Below, in pieces: positions 54,061-64,000 of a stretch of 64,000 bases of DNA; the first letter of the stretch is position 1; each line of letters opens with the position of its first letter. This DNA comes from Bugula neritina. Taxonomy: Eukaryota; Animalia; Bryozoa. Position numbers and translations under genes: made by a program. The stretch is from assembly GCA_964035545.1 (NCBI GenBank), contig OZ037770.1, forward strand, positions 3,690,662-3,754,661, given 5' to 3'. The notes under the pieces are model-generated. The model searched no databases and was not told where the DNA came from. It saw only the letters and a program-made list of their open reading frames with translations.

Positions 54061-56713
54061 TATAACTTACAGTTATGTGTCACCGAATATAAACATGTGT
54101 AAAACTCATGCAGGCACTTTGTTTTTAGACTATTATTAGTGCTATAATATCTTTTACTATGTTTAATAACTTTAGAAATAAGTCAAAGAAAGAAACTAAC
54201 TGAAAAAGTAAGTAGGCGTCATAGGGTCTCAACAACCACCATGTTTTAATATTGTGAATAAAATGTAACTGCAGGTGAATAACAATTCCAATTGTAATTT
54301 GATGTACTCACATTATTTTAATTCTAATTTTAATTGTTATAACATATGGAGTTAAATTTAAATAATTTTGCCTCGATTTAATAAACAGCCATAGGAATAT
54401 TCTAGCTCAGTTTATATTACCTAATAGTAAAGTAACTTATTGCAGTTCTTATACTTATTCATTTTTCCCTAATCAATTTTTGACTTGGACAATGTTTAAA
54501 AGTAGGACTATGTCTGATTTCAGTCACCTAATTGGATTGATGCTCATAGCATTTACAATGCTAATATGCATATAGTTACATATATTAATTTGTGAAAAGT
54601 GGTTGGTTGGGTGAAAGTAAATAAACTACTAGTGATTTCATTTAGCTGTGCATTTACTATTCGAATAATTTAGTTTTGTTTGCTTAACATTGTGTCGCCC
54701 CTTTCTTGATTTGTACCTGTTGTGCTGCTTTTGAACCATCTTGCTGCAGCATATTATGTTGATTATGTGTAGTATCCACATTTAATTTTAATGAGTAATT
54801 TACAAGGTATCTCACGATATTTATTTGTCAGCTTTATGAATCTCTTTTAATGGTATTATACAGAACTGACAATTGATTCAGGCTGTTATAGTGGGTTTGC
54901 TAGTTGCTGTAGTTAGAATTGTTGAGAGAAACTCCATTCTAACATTGCCTAAAAGTCTCCTACTGCCTTAGGTTTTTATTTCATGTGAAAACCAGTAGTT
55001 TACTAGTGAAAATGTGTGTATGTGCATGCATATAATTATGTAAATGAAGCACCATTATCAGCATGCATTTTTATTGTTATTTGGTACTTTCATATTAAAA
55101 TAGTTGTGGAAAATATAACAGTATTAAAATGTATTGCTGTCATGCTTTATCTAAGCTATTGTTGTGGGCCATATTTTGTATATATCGGTTGTGTCAACCC
55201 AAAATAAATGGCTGTCTTGAAATTATTGGCAATTATAAAGAGATCTTTTGCAATGTACAGTTCGTTTAGTTTATAGTAAAATTAAAATACATAGTTTTAG
55301 GGTATCACAATTTTAATTAAATTCCAATTAAAATAGTTTGACTTGTGTGCACTATTTAAAAGACAGATAACTCCCACTTGACATGCAAGAATGCTTGATT
55401 TTAAAACTTTCTGTTTTAATTAAGAATTGGCCAACAAAAGTGTTAGTGGTCGTAATTATACACTGAAAGTAGAAAGCTTGGGTCATGAATTACAAATTGA
55501 ATATTCAATAAGCATAAATATCACATGCCCTTTTCGTTGTACTATTAACTATTTCAAGGTGAATGATTGTTGCTGCAACTGCTTCATCATGCTGATAGAT
55601 GTATTTAAAAATTTCCCCTAAAGGTTTTATTAGAGTAGTAATTTTTCTGGTTGGGCAACCACTTTTGTATACTGGTTTTATTTAAAGGATAGGTTTTGCA
55701 TTTGTCTTTTCAGGTAGACTTTGAGAGAACAACTCCATGTTGCCTGTTAACTGTTTTCTACCAAGAGAAAAAACATCTGTTAAATTCTAGAAGTTTGATG
55801 TGGAAAGAATATTATATGCTGTGGAAAAAGACCTTTTAATAGCAATAAACTTATGCTGTGATTTGTTTTCAGTGGTAGTTTATATACACTCTTGTAGATA
55901 ATCAGTGTACTATAGTGAGACAACTCCAAAATGTTATGCATTGGACAGTCTAGTAGAATAGAGTCATATTTTTAAACAATTGATGTATTGTCATTGTGTC
56001 TGTTGCAGTAGCTTTTTTACGAAATAAAGTGCAATCCTAGATAGATATTGGCTCTAGATTTATATAAAATAGTAGCCAGTTGAATGCAGGCTGTAAAACA
56101 CATAGCAGCATTTAATATTTAATATGTTGTGTAGCTTTGCGGAGGTATTTAATATATTAAGGCTTGCTAAGCAAAGTTAATTGTAAAACAAATTGACAAT
56201 TAGCTGTTAATGCATTATCCTCAGTGTTCTGTGTTTTGGAAAGTATTAATGGCAAGATATAAGCTAGACAAGCAATTTAATAAATAAGGTGTGTCTATGG
56301 GAGTTGTCTTCTCAGAGATGCTGTTTCCATGCTTACTACAGTAGCCATAACAACATGCATGCATAGACTGCACACGTTAAATTTGAGAAATTTGATTTGT
56401 TGAAAGCAGTGACTTGAGCGGGTCAACATTTATGAAAAATTCTCTTGGACAGCTTTTGTCCTATTGCTTCAACTCCCAGGGCCCAATCAGCTGAAGACAG
56501 CTTGGCCTGATCAGGACAGGGTGGGTTAGCACGTCCAGTGGTCTGTTTGAGTCCTATCTCCTAAAAATTCTTCAGCCAAATGAGCTGAAAAGACCGACTG
56601 ATGTACTGTAAAATACCTAACATTATAGCTATAAAACTATAATTAAAGTTATAATGATGTGTGTTTGTTGTTTATATGTTAACATAATGTAAAAAGAGCT
56701 TTCAATGCTCTTG

Positions 56714-56916
<203 letters not shown>

Positions 56917-57526
56917 AAAATAGTCAACAAGCTTGGTTTCTATAGATACATAGTGCTATGACTAAAATCAAAGCTGAAGATGTCAGCAAGAGCTGCAATC
57001 AAGGTTATCTTATATATATACAGACTGCATATAGAGAGTCAGCCAATTTACTAATGGCAGTGAATTGGTTGACGCTATACGCATGCAGCTGTCATTATTT
57101 GTGCTGTTTTGCTTTCAGTAACATTACTAAAGTAATTGATTGATAAAAATAAAATCCAAAGTTTGAAAGGTTTTGTAAGCTTTAGGAACACCGCATATAC
57201 ACTTTTATCGTGATGAATCATAATAATATAATACTAAGGATAGCTATGGGCAAATTTGGTTTAGTATTACCAAACGATACAAGTACAAGCTCGCTTAAAA
57301 CATTTAAACAGCATTAGCATTTATAAACATTAAAAGTATATAGCCATAGGTTATAATTTACAAGACATTGTTTTACAAATAGACAGAAAAAGTTAAAATA
57401 GATTAATTGTTGAACTAATTAGTGTCTACGGGTCGCACTACTCTGTGAGCAGAAGTAGGTCTTCTTAAAATACGTTTCACATGGTTAACGTTATTTGGGT
57501 GAAAATAAATAAACATAAAAACATTC

Positions 57527-58331
57527 TCAACACCGTACATTGAAAGCAAAATTTAAACTGCTGTTTCTACAGCATGCAATGATAATTGATGTGGATAAAA
57601 GTTTAACGCTATGGCAAATCAGAATTACAATAACAAACAAGAGGTTTACTTGGTAAACTATGAAACACCAAATAATATATTTACTGTCCGATATTATTAG
57701 TTTATCTTCAGGCAAATTTCTTTGGGTCATTATTTTCAATTCTTTCCATACTTTGACAAGCATTGCTGATATTATTTGCGAGAGAATGATACTTTGAATT
57801 CCAAATGAAATATACGCTACATTGTGTTCTAGAGTTTTAGGCACCATTTGAGTTTCCAGGGGTGTCCAGCAAAACTTTATTTCTGGTATCATGATATGTG
57901 CAAGTGAGCTCGGCAATCTAAAGAAATATATCAGTAGTGATACAGACTTTATATTTCGTATAAAGAAATGTGTGCTATAATCCTATTGCTGCTAGTGCAA
58001 GCTTTGACATCCAATAACTTGTTGGTCTAGGAAGCTGTAAAATAGTTTCTCTGGTCTCACAATTGTAAAATGCAATATTTGAAATGCTGTATAAAACATC
58101 AGAGACACCCAAGTCCATCAGAATCCAAAAATAGTTGGCTTTAATCTCTTTTATCTGAGATAGTACAAGGAGATGCATAATGTTAATAATTATGAATAGG
58201 CAGTTTACCCCATCCACAATCTTTGCAAATGGGTCAGAGCATTGACTAGTGTCATTGTAACAGGGTAATATTTCTGTATGCGACAAACTGAAGTTTTCCA
58301 TAGTCATAAATATAACTGATTTGACATGCAT
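57527..58331 (-). pseudogene. Intronless 7TM/GPCR-like pseudogene
   Basis: Two consecutive hydrophobic ORFs in different frames: TM1 (IIINIMHLLVL), TM2 with LGVSD, and TM5/TM6-like segments; the end of TM3 appears deleted. Confidence 0.55.
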
Positions 58332-58539
58332 AAGTGTCTACATTGTTGGGCATCCTATACTACCCATGAACAGGGTAGAGCAGAGATAGGGGAGGTGAGG
58401 AGTATTATATTATGATATAATGTTCTCTATTAAACCATGTGAAATATTATGCTTTGTGCTGAATTCATGAGTTGTAGATTGCTCGTTTATATTTTTCAAA
58501 AATTCCAAGAATGTTTTGGCTATTGTTGGCTGGTAATGG

Positions 58540-58559
58540 TATATATTATATATAATTAT

Positions 58560-58646
<87 letters not shown>

Positions 58647-58687
58647 ATATATATATTTTATATATATATTTTATATATATATATATG
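58540..58687. repeat. Degenerate (TA)n microsatellite
   Basis: Read directly from the sequence. Confidence 0.95.
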
Positions 58688-60417
58688 TACATTGCTAACG
58701 GAGCTATAGTCTCTTGGAACTTAATTTTATAATAGCTTGCATTCTATAATATATTGTCACCATTTCTGTTGCAGGTATTTGTACATGCATAGAGGTTGTG
58801 AGGGGGGGTATACGACCCACAGCCACTACAATGTCACTGGTGGTGCAAACCAAACTAGGTGTGGGTGCTTAAATAAACATATCGTACAAACCTCTATTGT
58901 TGGCACAACTTTCGTGTGAGTTTAAATATAAAAAAAACTTTACTAGATTGGGTGACTAGCAGCTGACTCATCTATATAGTAAATAAAAATCCCAACTGTT
59001 TATTTACAAGTGAGTATACTGAGCAGGTGCTCTTTCATAGCCGTGACACATTTTTTATGAATTTTTGAGAGTCTTCAAGTCATAATTTTTTTTTGTATTT
59101 CAGCTTTTTATGATATATATTGTCATCATAATATACAAGTTTACTTTTGATCTTGAATTAGGTAATCAGTTTTATATTCAATATGATATATGTTTTACAT
59201 AAAATGTAAATAAACAAAAGACAGTAAAATAAAACATAATTGTTAAAATAAAACTCTAGCAAAGTGCAGTAAATCTACAAAACGACAAAATAGCTTTGCT
59301 TGCTATAAGCATTATGGTTTAAACAATTTCCTGTTACATTTATAATAAACCTTTGTAGTCTACATGAATGCTAGACAAGCTATATTTGCTGTAATCAAAG
59401 TGTCAGAAATAAACATCTTTGGCTTTATTTGTTGGCTGGTTGATGCAGTAGTTCATTTATTCTGTTTAGAGTGCACAGGTTTGTATTATAGAAAGTAAAA
59501 CCATTTCCTTCTGCATTACACAGTAGTTATATAATATTTTTTACACTGGTACTATATTTTACTGCTTCCAGTCCGTTTAGTTACGAAAGACTCTTTTTGC
59601 CCGACAAGTACTTCAAAAGTATACTATAAATAATTGCATACTTGTTTTGTAATGCTATGTATAAAACTAGAAGTTGTTTTGCACATTCTATTGCAATATT
59701 TTGGTACTTTATTAGCCTGCTTGAGAGATGAATAACTTGCAGATGTATATTAATAAAATTTGACAGATTTTATAATTGCTATTTTTAGATTATGAACTTA
59801 TTATTTTAGTCACAGGTTACTGAAGTTTGATTTTAACACGCCAATTGGAAAAATTATACAAGCAAACGTCAGCTGTTATTTTTAGATTATGGATTGATTA
59901 TTGCAGTCACCAAGTATACTGAAGTTGAATTCTAAAAGACCTTGAAAACCATTTAAAAGCAAACATTTTAACATAATATATTCGAATAAAATTTATTGAT
60001 AAAATATGAAGAGCAAACTTTGATATACTAACAAGCTAATTGATATAATAATATTGATAACATGGCAGTTAGAACATGTGCTTGAGGCTCAACCTAGTCA
60101 GAACTTAGTGTCACATCAAAATAGAAGGAATAAAAAACTTGGCTAAATAAAAGGTGTGATATAAATAGGGGTTGTTAGTGTTCAAAAAGTCATAAAATCA
60201 ACTGTTACAATACATTGATAATAAATATTATAACATAACATTCTATATACTGTAGGTATAATTAAAATATAGTAGTTAAAAACCTATGCTAGATAATATA
60301 TGGCTGTCAAGTAATAGTAAACAAGTCACACAGATTCGCTCTTATAAGTTTGGAGTCAAGAATCTTAAATAGTTAAATAAAGCTTTGTGTAGCTTCAAAT
60401 AGGAGTTATGTACTGAG

Positions 60418-63400
60418 TTAGGGGTTGTCCTTTCTATTAAACCCATCGAAGCCAGGAAAAAGGTAAAGTCTTTTACCATAAGGAAGAGTATTCCAGATTA
60501 CAATCAAATTTCCGTTTCTCTCTGAATCTTGATCTGCATACAGTTTCTTCACTAGTTTAGTCTGCACCTGTAGAGTAAGTAATGACTAGTAAGATTGTTT
60601 ATCAATTCACTGTTGTAGCTGAGCCAAGATGTAAATATGGTATCCTACTTGTAACAAATATGAACAGCAAACACTTTGGGAATTGTCTACCACCGTCTAA
60701 TCATATAGCATATAGCAGTACAGTGGCACTAGTTATTAGCAAATTACAAGAACATATTGACAAGGAAAAGAAACTATAGAGCTAAAGAAATTGTAAGAAC
60801 AAAAGCTACTAGTTAAACTAAAGAAAACTAGGAATGACGTTCTGTTACTAAAAATAGTAGATATCTTTTTTCAAAGGATAAAAGAGTTCAAACATAGAAA
60901 CGAATAAAATGATACGATGAGAAATAATTTTTTAATTTCTTAAATAAAAATTGAAATAGTAAAAAAGTTTGTGATTTTTAAACTCACATGCTGGAAAATG
61001 GTGTAGAGATCACGGTGACAGGCATGTTTGTAGATTGAAGATACTAAAGCTCTAATCATAGGAGATCCATACTTAAGATGTCTCTTTGATGCTATAATAA
61101 AATTGAATGCAGTCAAAATACAGGTCAAGATAGACCAACTCTAACACGTTTTAGTTTTAGTGGAACATAAAATTTTTAATCTCAAGTTTCTGGAAAATAC
61201 TATCCTCATTTTGATGCTGCAATAACAGTATATGGTGTAGTCAGAACAAGTTTTTTTTTTTTATTTCTGTTTAGTTTTTAGCATTAGCAAGCAATATGGC
61301 TAGTACACGGAAAAGCTTAAATAACATGGTCATATTAACTTTAGGAAACAAACTTTTAGATTGACAAAAACTGTAGCTGCACACTTATCAAACCAATGAA
61401 TAACTGTCTCCTGCTATACTTACAGCAGACATTACTCTTCAGAACAAGAAGATCATCTATATCCCGTAGAGTTCTACACTCTTCTATTCTAGGTTCTGGT
61501 GGTGAGACTGGTCTACTGGGTCTAATTCTTTTTCTTGGCGGTTCAGGATATTCCTCATCGTTTTCTTTATTAGCTTCAGAGTGTGTAGAAGAGACAGCTT
61601 CAGTTTCTTCTTCTTGAGCTGCTGCAAAACTTGATCTATCTGGATTCGCCTCAATGTCTGCTGCAAGACAAACATTTCAAATATCTTGACTTTGTGAGCT
61701 AAGCAATCTCGAGACACTCAGTTACTCAAGCATCAAGACTGTGAATCAAGTTAAAGTATATATTGATTAGATGACTGGTCTCTGACAGGAAGTCTTCACT
61801 AGTTTAACCATTGAACTAAAAGTTCCAGTTTTTACCACAAAACAACTACCTCCACTGCTGGCTTCTAGGATGACAACTTTAGGTTTTCTCCTCATCCCAT
61901 CGAAATACAAAGGAGTGAGTAAATCATGAAGTTCAGTGAGGTTGACCTTCCTAAGGTCAGTTCCATAGATGCAGTTATCTTCCCCACCATGAGTCATGAC
62001 AACCAGCATATGACATCCCAAGTCTTTGTGTGTTTCTTTTTTCACCTCAGTCTTCACTGTAGACAGCATTTCCTGAAAATTTGAAAATGTGTATATAACC
62101 AATGATATAAATTTACTTTATTTTAAGTTGTCAAATGACTGTGATTTATGCAATGCAAACAAAAACTTTTCACATGATTCTACCTATCAAAAGACCAAAC
62201 AGTGAAAAAAACCAACAAGCTCCAGAAATTTTGATGCAGTTGTAGAGAAATTCTAAAAACAATAAAAAAAACATACCTAATATAATGGATGTAAGAAATA
62301 ATTTCATTTTGTTAAAATATTTTACATGCTTCAAAAATATTTGATTAAAGGACAAAAAAACATTATACATGAAAATTTACTTGATGGTCAAATAGTGTTC
62401 GCGCATTACCTTCACCATAACAACATACCTCTGCCTTTAGATCTGTGTGTGTCTCAACATCAAACTTGAGAGATTTCAACATGACAGACATGTTCTCAAC
62501 ATCAGCATCTGAACCTTCCCTGCATAAGTCTGGTCTTTCAACAAAGTTCTTGTTGTTTATTATCAGAGCTTTTCCTCTCTCTCTGGTCATACTGAACACC
62601 TGGATATAAATATAATTAGAGTATCACATACAGTAGTGACACACATGAGCCAAAGTTGAGAGTACATAAATAGTGGCATGCTTTCAAAATAAATAGTAAT
62701 AGTTAATTTAGCTCTCAAGATGCCATATATGGTGCCTCCAATTTCTAGATCTGACAAAAAGCAGTAAAACACTCTCTTAATTGCAAAATCAATTTACATC
62801 TTTATGCTAAAATTTAAATTTGTTACTTTTTAGGTATAACATGAACTAAGCAAACTTTTGTTTAAGACACCAGTTGTCATTTTTTCCAACAAAACATGTA
62901 GTCAATTAGGTATGCTGGTTATTTTTACAAAATCATTCAGGATATTATTGAGATTACAAAATACGAGTTATTACACTGCATGATATTATATTATTGAAAA
63001 TAGTTTATATTTAGCATGAAGTTTTTACAAACCAATTATGTATTTGCAAGGCTGTAGAACGAAATAAAGACAATTTATGGGTATAATAAAATTTGTTTGC
63101 ATATAACACTTTGCTGATCTTAAAGTAGACCATGGTCTAATTTATGTAAACAGAATTTTCGAAACCAAACCATCTGCAAAACGTTTACCTAACTTTCAAA
63201 TACAATTGATCGCAATAGAAAATTATGGTAAATTCAACTTCAAGCTAAAAAGTCAGAAAAGAAATCATAATATAAAATGTTTGCCCCACTAGGATTACTC
63301 TATGGCTATATAGGAGTTACTGGGAAATCCCAATCTTTCATTCTAAGCAATTCTTTTGAACTCGATTTACAACTCCTTCAGTCTTCAGGTTCTCTTAGCC

Positions 63401-64000
63401 TCTCACCTCCTTAGAAGTACTGCTACTGCTACTACTACTTTTTACAAAAGGTCAAAAGAGCCCACAAAAATGCCTTTCCCGACGAGAATTCAAATGGCAG
63501 AAGTCGAGCTTTCAAGCATGCAAGGCAGGATAAACATTACACCACAAGGACTAATAAGTAATCTCTACACAACAGTTGCTTTCTAATCACGACAAGCAAT
63601 TGAACCCTAAACTAATAAAAGCAGAGCAGAAACTGTTATGGTGAAACCAAAACATCTAAGCATAGTAAAATGATGGAAGTGGAAAATTTGCATGCATTCA
63701 GATCAATTGATTTTTAAATCTAATTGAACTGCACATAACAATCTCAGTAAAAGAAGTTTTTAGAAACCGAAGTACTCTAATTGGTGGAAAAAGGAGAGCT
63801 GCTATAACTTATGTTCATCAGCTGATAAACTCACCTTGTCAGTTTTTGAGAAGAGTTGTTTTATCCTTGCATTGTTGGTTGGCTTTAGTTCAAGTTGTAC
63901 CAACTTCATGTCTTCATCATTCCCTTCATCAGGGTACAGATTGTCATCATCTTCAGAGAAATCACTCATATTATCATCATCAAATTCATCTGCAGTCATA
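60418..64000 (-). CDS. Caspase-like (peptidase C14A) gene, 5' part outside the window; exons >=64000-63835, 62599-62429, 62072-61850, 61657-61424, 61091-60988, 60567-60418
   Basis: Phase-compatible GT-AG introns give an uninterrupted frame: RGKALIINN..REGSDAD, MTHG, KPKVVILEASSG, DLLVLKS, SKR..GSPMIRAL, TL..KRLYLFPG. Confidence 0.9.

Noticed and set aside
56440-56610. Penelope-type hammerhead ribozyme remnant
   Set aside because: CTGAAGA/CTGATG are present, but no matching GAAA core and stems could be built.
61484-61717. 77-aa ORF from the track as a caspase exon
   Set aside because: Wrong frame; splice phases select a different frame that carries the p10 motif.

Overview
AT-rich eukaryotic genomic DNA, very probably from an invertebrate animal. 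It has GT-AG introns, a caspase-family gene and a 7TM-like remnant, and transposons dominate the window. Main contents: (1) A complete, very young Ty3/Gypsy LTR retrotransposon on the minus strand (14839-22628) with identical 349-bp LTRs, GTAT target-site duplication (TSD), tRNA-Leu primer binding site (PBS) and a gag/-1 frameshift/pol layout. In the env position it carries an extra ORF encoding an acidic region, C2H2-type zinc fingers and a coiled coil. Its LTR U3 holds a phased array of six CCG-N5-CGG palindromes, so the element may encode its own transcription factor and operator. (2) A related non-autonomous element (1546-5786, ATAT TSD) whose pol lacks RT/RNase H and the integrase core but stays in frame. 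(3) Nested elements with terminal inverted repeats (TIRs), a decayed R4/Dong-like LINE sitting in TAA repeats, RTE fragments, long palindromes and microsatellites. (4) A GPCR-like pseudogene. (5) The 3' six exons of a caspase-like gene whose catalytic QACRG motif reads EASSG. All calls were made by eye from motifs; no database search was run.
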